A stretch of DNA of 64,000 nt from Vicugna vicugna (lineage: Eukaryota): contig MU058636.1 in assembly GCA_013265495.1 (NCBI GenBank), positions 9,232,239 to 9,296,238 of the forward strand, written 5' to 3'. The notes under the pieces are model-generated. The model did not search any database and had not been told where the DNA came from. It saw nothing but the letters and a program-made list of their open reading frames with translations. The position numbers and the translations under genes were made by a program. This document shows, piece after piece, positions 48,591 to 60,905 of the stretch (within the stretch, counting starts at the first letter, position 1; every line of letters starts with the position of its first letter).

Positions 48591-51134
48591 GGCATTTTCT
48601 AAAGTCTCTTGTACAAACATATTATTTCAACAGATTGTGGCACCTGAGGTTCAGTATACTTCTCTAGATGAGACAGAGAAGGCACATTTCCCTGCCTTGG
48701 GCCACCTGCAAAGTAAGTTCAGTGTTTTTAACTGAATTGGCTGCACAGAACATTAGTAAGAATTTAGTCCAATAGGTGAATTGATTTACTTATGTTTACA
48801 TAAAACAGTAAAAGTAACTTTTTTAATAAAAAGTAAAGAAATACACTATATTTTAAAGTTTGGGGAAAGCGTTTTCCAACACAGTTGTTTTTTAGGTTAA
48901 AAAGGTCAAAACTATTTCTTTGATTAATTAAGGGCAGGTCTTTCATAATAAAGAATGAGTTAAGTCTCCATGAGAGTACTGTTAAATTTTTCAAGCAAGC
49001 CATCACATGACTGCTGGACTTGACAGAGCTTTCTTTCATCTCTGCCCTACTTATGGCTCATTTACTCTCTGCTCAGCACTGGAGGATGAATGAAACCCTT
49101 CCTGCCCACTGAGTGCGCACAGTCACGGGGGAAGGAACATAATCCACTACCTCCAGCAGTGTGGTCAGCGCCCAAAGTGGTTTTGAGCCTAGAGAAGGGA
49201 GGAAAAATCTACCTGAAGAAGTCAGGGAATCCGCCACCAAGGCAGAGATAAAAAGAACATCACTGTGAAAAACCACAGTGTGACCCCGTGAAAATTCACA
49301 AGCTTTCAGCCCCTGGTGCCTCTTCTATAAAATTGGGGCTAAAAATGCATCCCTCTCAGAGACTTTAGGAAGAGCTTGTGTAGCAAGAGTATCTGGCTCA
49401 TAACTTATACTCAGTAGATCTTCTTCCTTCTCTGTAAGTTTTTCTCCTCTTCGTTCTGCTCCTATTTCTCCTTTATCCCCTTCCCACCTCCCCTTCCCTC
49501 TCCTCATCCTCTTCCTCCTCCTCCTTCATCTTTGTCTGATCTCACAGTCTTCCTCCTGCTTTATCATCTCTTAGGTACCGTTTCAGCAAAAAGCATCCCA
49601 GTCCCTGCCAAGGCACCAGTGAATCATCCATTTAGGTACTTGCCAAAACTAGATCGTGCCTTCTGTTCACGAGTCCAACTGGACCTATCTAAAAAGTAAA
49701 ATTAAAAAAATAAATGAAGCAGGAGGTTCTGGACACCCAGAGACCCAGCCACCAGTCAAAGGGCTACTGTTCACGTCCATTTAGTTTTTACTCTAAACAC
49801 TGTCACAGAACTTTATGCCCAGCACATATACTACCACATTGGTTTCAGCCCTCTACTGGGAGAATGTCTCCTTTTGTTTCAAGTGTCCAAGGAGAAAGCT
49901 ACCTCCAAATGTTTAGGATGCATACACAAATGATATGACATAACAAAACACTTCTATCCAGATGGAGTAGATATTTGGACCCATTGTATGACTGCTCTTG
50001 GAATATAAGTGATTGGATGTGGTAAAGTCTACTGAACACCTCACTACCTCCTCTAAGGCTAGAACAATGGACAGATCCTCTCTGGAATATTTTTTAAGTA
50101 ATATTAAACAGCAAGTCGGCATAATTTTGTGTAGTAATTTCTCATAGGAACTCTGCAGGCATCATCTAATCCAACAGTTGCAATAACGAGAAATTTATCT
50201 TTCATAGAAATTCACTATGTGATCTACTTTAGTAAAGTCAGTGTCAGTCTCCACTTGCTGATTTCTCTTAGTTTCCACAAGAAGGGAAAATTTAATGCCA
50301 GCCTGGTTAAGTTTTAGCTCAGAAGGTGTATCCAAAATGGGAAAATTTATACTTACAAAACTTCCTATGTGATATTTCAAAATACCACTAAGCTAGTCAT
50401 CATGGGGAAAAAAATCCAAATTTTGCTGCACTTTGTTGTATGAGTTTTAAGCGTGTAATATTCTTTTTGTTTTGAATTAAATATTTTGAGCAGTGGAGTG
50501 GGTTAGAAGGATCCCATAATCTTGCCAGAGATTGGTAAAGGTCTTAATTTGACGATACTGAAAGTCATTATCAAACAGGTAACTCCACAGCTATTAAAAT
50601 TATAGTTTTTGCTTATAGAAAAAAAAGATTTGTTTAAAATATACATGGAATATGGAGAGAGCAAAGTGGTGTATTTAGACTGGCTGGCTGGGGTCGGGAG
50701 CTGCCTGTGTGAGGAAAAAAAAAGGACCACAAAGCAGTGGGCACATTAGAAAAGAGATTCTTCAGAACAAAAGATGAGAATGTTGGTTTCAGTTACCACG
50801 TGTTACAGCGGAAAATTGTCCCGTGACCCTAGCAAGGAACATTAATGATCAGTTTGGTTACTTTTAAAAGCAGATTTGAGTAGAACTGAATTAGAAATGA
50901 GTTTTTCAAAGAAAAGGATAAAATCAGGAATGTAAAAGATCACTGGGGAGCACAATTTTGCCCCAAGGGACCATCCATGGGAAGCCCCATCCCTGGGCTC
51001 TGCCTCTGTGGTCCCATTCCCTGAAATTCCATTCTGCCGGCACATAAGATGCTGAGTGCTTTAAAATTGAAAACTGGAGTCCCTCAGTCAACATCACGGT
51101 GAGGGTTTGAAACATTAGAAGAATGCTACTATTT

Positions 51135-51365
51135 TGTCGTGCTTATTATGGCTAGGCATCCTTCGAAATACTTTACATTTAATTAATTCATTTAGTGCTA
51201 CCTGTATGAGGTAGATACTAACTTTTATTTTCCCATTACACAGATATGGACACTGAGGTACAGAGAGCAAAAGTTATGTGCCCAAGGACACACAACTGAT
51301 ACGAGAGGCAGAACTGCTAATTGGACCCAAGTGGGATGGATCCCAAGTCCCCCCTCTTAACTACT
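51135..51365 (-). mobile_element. MIR SINE
   Basis: CCCATTACACAGAT..ACTGAGGTACAGAGAG..TGCCCAAGGACACACA. Confidence 0.75.
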
Positions 51366-52374
51366 TCATTCTCCCACCTCTCAGTTGGTATGAAACGGTA
51401 GTCCTCAACAATCATGATGATAGAGCCTAGATTTTTGGACCATTCTCTTTTCAAGCATTCTGCTCAGTGCACCCACATAAGTCTGTGTATTCCAGATATT
51501 TTCTGTCATACACCACAAATGTTTGTATATGTTTGCATACAGATGAAAAATTTCCAATCCCCCAAATGTTCCAATCTTAAATGTCCCAGTGAAAGCTGTT
51601 TTATAGTTTTAATTATCTCCCTTTGTGCAAATAAAGTGTTCAGACTCATCATTCATTGGCATGAAAACATCCAACCTCTGTGGACCTCAGTCTCCTCATC
51701 TTTAAAGTGAATGTTGGACCAGATGAGCATTTACAGCTGTCAGGTGCATCCAGGGTTAGCCTGTTTTTTGCTGAAGTGGCATGTGATCAGTCTTCTAGGA
51801 AATGATCACGAAAATCCATTCGTATCCTCTGAGGTCCAGCGTAGTATGTTCCTAGAGGTAACTGAGTCTGCTCAAATCGATGAGTCACTGGCCGTCTGTA
51901 ACTCTCCATGGGTTAATTACCAACACCGTTGTTAAGACTGTAACCTGTCTTGTTTGTGCTTAGAGAAAGGTTTTTAGGGTTTCATTCTTAATTTGGCAGC
52001 TCCTGGTATTAATTCAGACCATACATGATACTCATCGGTCTTCCACGACTGCCATTTCCCACAGGCAAGCTGATTAGCCTACCCGCAAAAGCAGCAGAGA
52101 GCACCTAGCTTGTAAGGTGGCAGATGAACAGTGCTCAGTGAATGAGCTTTATGTACCAAATGGGGCGTGAGGTTCACTGCACTGCCTATCACAGTCAAGA
52201 GGACTTGCAACAGAGAGAAGAAATAAGTCATTTAAATAAACTGAAAGAGATAAAAGAAGAGTTCAGAATCACTCAGCCAGTTAAAACCAATTTAATACCT
52301 TCATTGAGTTTAGAACCTTTCTGCTGAAAGTCCTTCAGTAGATTAAATCTCCAGAGAGTTGGCAGAGCGAAAGG

Positions 52375-52700
52375 AACTAACATTTATGGGCATCTAATAT
52401 GTACCTGATATTGTGCAGAGTCTGGATAATCATAAAATGAAATAATAATAACAACAAACACTTGTATGTGCACAGTTCTAAATGCTTGATACATCACATC
52501 AACCGCAAGGAGGAAATATCATTTTTATCCCTATGTTATTGCTTTCAGTCTTATAACGCATGTAGGAAGGAGTCAATATTATCCCTATTTTTCAAATGAG
52601 ACACTGCTTTTCAGAGAAGTTTGTAATTTGGCCGTGGTCCCCCAGGTAAATGACTCAGGCAGAATTCACACTCATGTCTGTCCGGCCCCAAAATTGTTGT
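52375..52700 (-). mobile_element. MIR SINE fragments
   Basis: ATTATCCCTATTTTTCAAATGAG..CAGAGAAGTTTGTAATTTGGCC..GGCAGAATTCACACTCA. Confidence 0.6.
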
Positions 52701-54590
52701 GTTTTTCCCTGCCTCACTGTGAATTCTGATGCTTTTGGAAAGCTCTTCATTCCATCCTGTACCTGAGAATTTCCAAGTTAAAAAGGACCTTAATGATCCC
52801 AAGCTTGCTGCTTCTATTTTGCAGAAGACCATTGCTTGCTTCAAATGGTTAGCTGGTCTGAAACTTGGGTCCCTGACTTCTTGGTGTAAATCACCAAAGA
52901 GGAGAGTCCGCCCTCTGGGAAAGGGGGGCTGACGAAAAAGAGGATAGTCAGCAAGGCTTCCGTTATATAACTTGGGGTTTGGGGAAGGCTCTCAGCTCCA
53001 TGGAGAGCTTGTAGTCCTAAGAAGGAACCAAGTCAGAAGCTCACTGTGCATTTTTTCATTTACGCATCCATTTCTTTATTTAAGTATTGATCACCATTTA
53101 GGCCAGGAACTAGAGTAGATACCTTACATATTTTATCATCATTGGGGTGATTACTCATTCTTTCTTGGCCATCCAGCACACTTGAACACTTCCCATATTT
53201 AAAAAATTTCCCACCTTGTGATTCTAAGGACGCATGGAAGCTGGATACTCTACTTTGTAACTTTCTTAGCAGCCAGGTTACAGGTTGTGATTTAGAACCT
53301 GTCAATCAAAGACTAATCAGGGCTTCTGCTAGTCACTGGAGAGTTAAAGGTCAAGAAGACATCACGTATCGGGCTTGGTCCACACGAGCCTCAGTGGCAC
53401 GGCACCTGCTGATACATGGACCACCTGAAGAGCCTGTACGTGTCCAGGATCATTACTCCAGCTGCCCAGGGGAGGGAGGCAGTGAAAACAGTGAAGAGGA
53501 CTAAGCCTATACTATTGCCTGTGTCTATTCTAGCATGATTGTCACTATCAGCGAAGTACAGCCGAAGAGAAGAGGATGATGGAAAAAGGGAAAGTAAAGA
53601 GATGCTCCTTCTTTCTAAGTACACAGCCTGGAATTTACTCGGATCACTTCCAAGCCCAGCCCACTGGCCGGAACACAGCCCTGCCTCGCCTCATGGGAGC
53701 TGTAAGTTGTAGGCTTTAGCTGGGCAGCCGCATCCCCGTGCCTTCTTTGTTGTAACGTGTTCCCTATTGAAAGCAGAATTTCAGAATCTATCAGCAACCT
53801 GGGTTTTAGACTCACCATCCTGGCTTTTGAAAATTTGGAATCTTTGATCTCTTCAGTCGATCAGACTCTCATGTCATAGGAGAGCCTATTCCGATGCAAT
53901 TCCCTGACAAGCTATCTGTGATCTGGCTTAATGTCACGTTGCATCCTCAAGACCCCTGCTATCTGTTTGGCCTTAAGGTCACTCTTTGACCTTTTAACTT
54001 CTATTTATTCTACTTCCAGAAGAGTAGACTCTCCTAGGGATCAAATGGTAGAACTTGTGAAGAATTCTACGGGTCCTACCTGGAGCCACTGAGGAAACCG
54101 AAGATTTTTTTCTTTGTAGTTCATCAAATGGAACAGACAGTTGTGTGCTAAATGGTGGGTTATGGGATACGTTTGGGGAGAACTTACTCTGTTCCCCATT
54201 CGTGAAACCAGCATTAAGTATAATATGATGTTTAGGCCTTCTGTGTTTTCTTCCATTTTGGGAAGGCTATTCTAGACTTGAAAGAAAGTTACAATTTCCC
54301 ATATTTAGGGCCTTGACATACCTGTGTCGAGGCCCACAGGCATTTAAGCTAAGACTGGAAAAATTAGCAATTTGAGAAGAGCAAGAAGGACTGGAGAGCT
54401 TGGCTCCTCAATTGGTGACCTTGTTTTCCAAAAACAATTTCGTTTCACAAAATTTATGACACACTCACAACAAAAGTCTGTAAGATCTTATGTTATGGAT
54501 CTTGTATATTCGTTGTACTAGACGCTGACCATTCTGTTTGATGGTCAGCCTCTGAACCTCGTGATATTTTAGGAATTCCTTGCCTCTTCT

Positions 54591-54770
54591 CTGATTGAAC
54601 CTGGTGAGCAAGAGGTAGGAGTTTTCCTAGACATCTTGGTAAGGTATTTGGGTGTCAAAGAGTGGAAAAATAAAACTGACAAGAATTCAGGGGACTGCCA
54701 GTCCAGTGAATGTTCTAGGGGCCCAGTGGTGTAGAGCATGTCCAGACACCCCTTCAAAGATAAAGGATAA
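54591..54770 (+). mobile_element. ERV-L pol (reverse transcriptase) fragment, frameshifted
   Basis: Translates, with a one-base frameshift in the A5 run at 54666-54670, to LIEPGEQEVGVFLDILVRYLGVKEWK/IKLTRIQGTASPVNVLGAQWCRACPDTPSKIKD. This resembles the recalled ERV-L RT segment just after YIDD. Confidence 0.75.
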
Positions 54771-55204
54771 TTTTTTGCCTCTAAAAGATATCAGATCCTT
54801 ATTTTTGGCCTGGGAATGTTACCTTATATGATCATGTTTTTGCAGAAGTAATTAAATTTAGGATCTTGAGATGAAGTAATTATTCTGAGTTATCCAGGTG
54901 GGCTCTATCTGCCATCATATATTGTAGGAGGAAGGCAGAGAGAGACTTGACAAACATGTGGAGAAAGCGATGTGAAGATGGAGGCAGAGATTGGAGTGAT
55001 GTGGCCACAAGTCAGAAATGCCAGCAGCCCCCGGGAGCTGGAAGAGGCCAAGATGGGATGGCCTTGTCCTTCAAGAGAAGAGAGCATGGCCATGCTGACA
55101 CCCTGATTTTGGACTTTTGGCTTTGAGACCTGGCAGAAAATACATTTATGTTATTTTTAGCCACCAAATTGGTGGTTATTACAAAACTACAGGAAATTAA
55201 AACA
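54771..55204 (+). mobile_element. MaLR LTR (MLT1C/D-like)
   Basis: GGATCTTGAGATG..TTATCCAGGTGGGC, GTGAAGATGGAGGCAGAGATTGGAGTGATGTGGCCACAAG, GAGCTGGAAGAGGCCAAG. Confidence 0.85.
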
Positions 55205-56124
55205 AGATTTTACTGTATTAGTAACTGAAAACACCAGACACCATTAGCTCACTTTTTCAGTCTGCTTTGCACCTGGGGTACAAACATGATCTGGTCACAT
55301 GCATCTTGGAACCTGAGTCAGGAGCTTCAGATACTGTAGGAAGTCCTCTTTCTGGCAGCAGTGTGGGTCACAGCAAGGTGGGTTTTCTGGAGTGGTGGTG
55401 CCCAGCCAGTGCAGTGGGGCGGGGCGGGTCTTGGCATCATATCAGCCTCCATCCAAGCTTGGTTCACCCAACTGTCCAGTAATTTGTAGACTTTTCATGT
55501 CCTCTCAACACATCACTTTTTTGTTTATACTGAATAGAGTTGGTGTCTATGACCTAACTAAAACCCCGACGAACTCATGACCTTGCCATTTGTGTAGGCA
55601 GTTTCCTAAAATGTTCACTTTCCTTCTTGATACAGATATCAAGATACACAGGGTTAGGCAGAGAGATAAAGAGCTAGAGATACAGGTACTTTGATATCGG
55701 CATAGAGATACAGGGACAGGCACATTTAAATTAGATTCTCTCACCTTTGAAAAGAATATATAAAAGGCATACCAAATATGTTTTTGTGAGTAACGTGTAT
55801 TAAAGATAGTTGTTCTGTATGCAAAGAAGTTGTTTACAAGGCTCCTTTGGTTTTTATCAAAAATGGAAGAGTTGAGCCAAAAGCAAAGCCGGAGCCAATG
55901 GGAAAACGCATCAGCAGGTGGCTGACTTTGCCCTGATGGAAGGATGGCGTACATCTTCCAAGCTGAGTCCCAGCCCCAAGGGGGATGTGCCCATCCTGTC
56001 TGTAGAGTTGAGAACGTGAGTACCAATTTACCTGTGGTGTTCCCTGGGCCGGCACCATCTCAGGGACACAACACAGTGGAGTCTCAGTCCAGGAGATGCC
56101 ACAAAGCAGAATCTAGGGAAAGGG

Positions 56125-56350
56125 AACTCATGTGTATTCAACGTTTGTCATGAGCCAGGCTCTTCACTTACAACTGACCTGAAATCTTAAAACAGTTCAG
56201 TGATGCAGATATTGCTGTTAATATTGCTGAAGATGAGGAAACCTAATTTGTGGTTGGGTAAGTACCTCCCTGGAGGTCACAGGGAAAGGGGCGGGTTCCA
56301 GCCACACCCAGGTCTGCCCCTCTCTGAACTCACAGTTTCCACTCTCTGCT
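56125..56350 (-). mobile_element. MIR SINE
   Basis: AGATGAGGAAAC..AAGTACCT..GAGGTCACAG..ACCCAGGTCTG. Confidence 0.65.
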
Positions 56351-56689
56351 AAACTCACCTGCTGACTTGTGACAAAGGGACAAGACGAGACTCAGGACTC
56401 ACCTTGCAGGTAACTCACACAGTTCCTAATCTAGAAAGAACCTTAGGATACAGATTTTTTTTAATGTAATAAGATCAAAAAAGTTCTTTTTGATTTTACA
56501 AAATAACATCCATATTCCTAAACAAATTAATTTAAAAATTGACTTTTTTTGTTAAAATAAATATACCAATTAGTAAATGAGAATATGCAGAATATATCTA
56601 TAATGTAATAAATTAATTTAAATATCAATTCGTCTGTTTGTTCTAATATACTTGGCAAAAACAACCCCCAAATATCTGTAAGCATGTAA

Positions 56690-57470
56690 CTTCTAAATTG
56701 TATCTCTAGACCAGGTTCTTCTCAGTAGTGGGCAGAATTATAGAGATCCGCTCAGATGCCAAATCAGAAACCTCAGTGTCATCCTTTCTCTTCTTCTCCC
56801 TCCTTGTCCAAGGAGCCAACCAGTCCTATTTGTTCTACTTCTCCAGTGTCTCTCAAACGCAGTTCCTAACTTAGTTCCAGCCACCATTATCTCTCACTTG
56901 AATTATTGCAACAGCCTCTTCAGTGTTCCCGCAGCTGCATTCTTGACCCCTTATTTGTTCCCATTGAACAAAGAGTAATTTCACTGAAGCACAGATGCAG
57001 CCATGTTACTCTCATGCTTAAAGTCTCCCTAAGGCCCCCTGCTGTTAATACTAACGCTATCTAAACTCCAACCTTAACAGCACCTAGACCCTGACTCTAA
57101 TGATAGCTGAACATGAACCGACCCCAGGAGTTACAAGACACTAACCACGCAATGTCCTTCAAGTTCTTTTCCTGATCTTTCCAGTATCTTCTCACTTGCA
57201 TTTTTCCCCTTATAACCACTCTTCTCCGCAGCTGTACTGACCTACCCAAAGCATCGTTTTCTCTCCTGTCATTCAGTGCTTCTTCCTCTCCATGAGAAAA
57301 CTCCCCATCTCCCCAACCGTCTTTACCTTCCTCCCTGTCTTTATTTATGCTTCTGGGAAGACTCCATGCCTGTCCATGGTCTGTCTTGCATCCTATACCT
57401 CATCTTTCTCAGTACTCATCACACAGTGTCTGTTCGGTGGAGAGTTGATTGTATTAAGCAATATTCTGAA
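56690..57470 (+). mobile_element. L2 fragment
   Basis: AGAAACCTCAGTGTCATCC, CAGCCACCATTATCTCTCACTTGAATTATTGCAACAGCCTC, CATGTTACTCTCATGCTTAAA. Confidence 0.7.
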
Positions 57471-58249
57471 TAGTAAAATCGATTAATTCAAGCCTGCTGA
57501 CAGTTGCTTTAAATCACAACCTAAAGTGATTCGATTTATCTCAAAACCACCTCATTTTCTAGTGTATTTGTTGTGTCCATTAAACTGATCATAAAAGGCT
57601 CTCTGTGAAAATCCGTTCATTCCATGCCATATTCTAAATGCCTGTTCTTTATAAGGCTTGAATTGAAATAAAGCTGTACTGAAGTGCATTAAAAATATCA
57701 TTTCATGAATAATCTATCTGAGAGAGACTTTCTGAATCTATTTGCAGAGCTGCCATGAATCTGTCACCTTAAAATATTTTCGCTAGGCGTTCCCACACTC
57801 ACCAGTGCTACTGCCATGGAGCTCACACGGTGATTTTGTGGAATGAATGAATGTTGATAAGAATATGACCATGATGCTTACCAGCAGCCTGACGATCCAC
57901 TGGACAGAGAGCAAAACAGAAAGCATCACTGTGAGGATGAGTGGGTCCCATTAAAGCCTCCAAACTGGGACCTGTTGAGAACACACTGGGGCCAGAATGT
58001 GGCAGAAGGAGACTGCAAGGAGAGAGGGTAAGGAAAACATTTAGTGGTTCAGAAACAGAAGGAAACCAAGCGTCTGGCTGAAATGGCTAGACAAGAGCAA
58101 GAATGAGAAGGGCGGTTTTAATTGTTCACTTTCCCAGTTATCTTCCCTCTTTCACTGAGTTGTTATACTTAACCTTTTGCAGGGAGTACAGCAGGGGAAC
58201 ACCAAACAGAAAAAAATGGCTTGTAATGGAAATTAGTCTTATGTTGACC

Positions 58250-58630
58250 GTGTTAGCCCAAGTTTTTTGTTCCAAACAAAAGAAATCTACTCTGATTGAT
58301 TCAAGCACACATGAAATTTATTAAAAAGACACCGGGTCGTTCACAGAATAGCAACAAGGCTGGAGACTGTGGTTTGGAGGCTACTCAGCCGCACGCACAC
58401 ACAAAAGCCCCCAAGGCACACATCTGAGCTGGTTGCGAGCTTATACGGCTTGTGCAACCCACGTTGCTGGCCCTGTAGGTTGGCCAGTGGACAGAGGACA
58501 CCATCTGAGTACTTCTGTCACTGCTACCCTGCAGACTGCATTTGCTTTAACTGTCATCACTGTACTAGAGAACCCTTTGCCTCCCTGAATCTCTGGTTCC
58601 CAAGTGAAAGTCAAGGGCAGGTGAGTTAGA
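58250..58630 (-). mobile_element. Old MaLR LTR (late-alphabet MLT1 subfamily-like)
   Basis: TGTTAG..CAAACAAAAGAAATCTACTCTG..GAAATTTATT..TCACAGAAT..AAGGCTGGAG. Confidence 0.55.
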
Positions 58631-58639
58631 TGCTGTGGA

Positions 58640-59700
58640 GCAAAACTTAATGACAAACAACTACCACAACCAAACACATGAATGGATAGAATATATTGGA
58701 TCCATTCAGCTACATTAAAATAAAGAATCTTGTTCATCAAAAGCATCTTCAAGAGATTTCAAAACAAGTCATGAACAAAAAGAAGATATTTGCTCCCTGA
58801 GTACTCGACAGAGGGTTATTATTTGGAATGCATAACAAAGTCCTCTGAATCCACAAGAGAAAATAAAGAAATGAGCAAACATAGTGAGAATTTCACAGAA
58901 ACGTAAAAATCTTATAAACATGACAGTATCTTTAATGTTATAATATGATCAGGAAAATGGAAATTTAAAAAAACAATTAAGATACAATTTTGTACTTACC
59001 AAATTAGCAAAACTTAAAGTCTGACAAGAACAAGTATTTGTAAGGATAGAAAAACAAAGATTTCTAGTCCACTGCTGGTATTAGCCTCAATGGGAGTAAA
59101 TCTTTGGGAAAATAGGTGTTGATTAGTAAATTTCGACGACTATGTCGGCTCTGACCTAGACGTTTATTCCTAGGGCTATAATACGAAGAAACTCCTTCTC
59201 ATGGGGATAAGATCTAGTAAGTGTATAGAGACATTGCTTGTGATGTAAATTGGAAATACCCAAATGTTTATGAATAGTAGGAGTGGAATAGTATACATCA
59301 GTGAAAAATATCGATGACCTTCAGCTACTTATATTATCATGTATAGCTTTCAAAGATGATAATAAATAAAAGAAGTAATTCTAGAAGGAAATCTACAATA
59401 TATTCCACTTATGTAAAGATTAAAATCTCCACAATATATTGTTAGGATAATCAACGTGATTAAACTATCAAGAACAACAACACAGTGATTAAGTAAAATT
59501 CAGAATAGTGGTTGAACAGGGGAGGAGAGGGAAAGAATTCATGGGGGCCACAAAAACAGTCTGCAAAGCACTAGTTATCTTTTATTTTTCAAGAGTTGTC
59601 TAGAGAGTATATGAATATTCATTTTACTGTACTCTTTAATCATATGCCTATAAGTGTACTCACTCTTTGAAATTTGTGTCCTAAATTTCACAAGTAAAAA
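58640..59700 (+). mobile_element. Old L1 (L1ME-like) ORF2 end and 3' UTR
   Basis: CTACATTAAAATAAAGAATCTTGTTCATCAAAAG, AATTAGCAAAACTTAAAGTCTGACAA, ATTCCACTTATGTAAAG. Confidence 0.75.
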
Positions 59701-60714
59701 AAAATGATGTGTTAATTAGACAAAAGGAATAATGATGGCAGTGGTGGTATTGGAGAGAGTGACCATATTTTTAAGCCATGTATTGGCAGCTACTTTTTTG
59801 TCCCACAGAGGGTACGTTTAGATGCCTTCCTGGAATCCTAGTGTAGGGACAGCTTCCTCACATCCCTTTCCCTGAGTGTGTACCAGTGACCCTCATGAGG
59901 ACTTGGCAGCTCTTTATTGAAAGGGTAGGAGAGGGGAGTGAGTGATAGGTCCAAGGAGAGAGGATGTGGGTTTGGTCCCTTGGTCTAGTGATGAATTTCC
60001 TTGTGGCACAGCTACAGTGGTGGTGGTCCAGGTATGTGGATGGATCCCAGATCTCCCACCTGTCCTGCCCCCATGTGTGGACCTCTTGTTCCTTACTCTC
60101 AGCTTTCCTTATCTTGCAAAGCACTCTTCCTTTAACCCTTTCTCCTTCCCGTATTTCTATTTTGTACATGTGTTCACCCCCACCCGCCCTCTTTAACTCG
60201 GGTCTCCCTGATTCAACAGTCTCTTCATATTTAACAAACGTTGCCTCCTTGTGTGTTGAATTCCAGTTTTGTTTCTCCTCCCTCCGATTATTGCCGCCCC
60301 ATAAAGAGGCGTGAGTGGTTTCTGGCTGGTGTGCCTTCCCACCCTCGGGAAAAGTAGGAAAGTGAGCTTTCGTCCTGCCGGGGGTGGGAGGCCTACGGGG
60401 CTGCCAGGGGGAGGCTATCATGCTGGGCTGCACTACCGCGCTCCCTAGCAGTGTCCAAGCGCGTGCCTTACCATAGCACAGGCTGAATTCCTCCCAAAGA
60501 CTTCATCCAGCATGCAGAAAAGTTCATATTTTGCCCATAATGTAAATTTGACCCCTCCTTTTTTTTTGGACAACCAGGACTAAGTATTTGGGACTTAGAC
60601 TAAGATATGCTTGCCCCATTTTTGCCCTGAGTTGCATTACAAAGTACTCTCTGTTAACTGACACTGGCTGGTGAGAAGCAGGGCCACTTGAGTCGGGGGC
60701 GGTTTGTGCTGCTT

Positions 60715-60905
60715 TTAGAAGTAGGTTGTTTGGGTTTGAATGTCAGTTTCACCCCTTTACAGCTGGCTCGCCTTGGACCAGTGACCTAACCAGCCTAGAG
60801 CAACTTTCTCCATCACGTAGCGACAGTCGTACCCCGATCAGTGAAGGGAAATCGCTGATGCAGAGCAGCTGGCACACGGCCAGAGTTCAATGCTAGTTAT
60901 TATGA
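60715..60905 (+). mobile_element. MIR SINE
   Basis: GGGTTTGAAT..TTACAGCTGG..CCTTGGACCAGTGACCTAACC..TGGCACAC..TAGTTATTAT. Confidence 0.6.

Noticed and set aside
55911..55924. CTCF-like motif TCAGCAGGTGGCTG
   Set aside because: Partial match only, and such matches are common by chance without ChIP or conservation data.
59858..60433. Longest ORF in the window (191 aa, minus strand)
   Set aside because: Non-ATG first codon, composition driven by a purine-rich strand, no domain recognised and no splice support.
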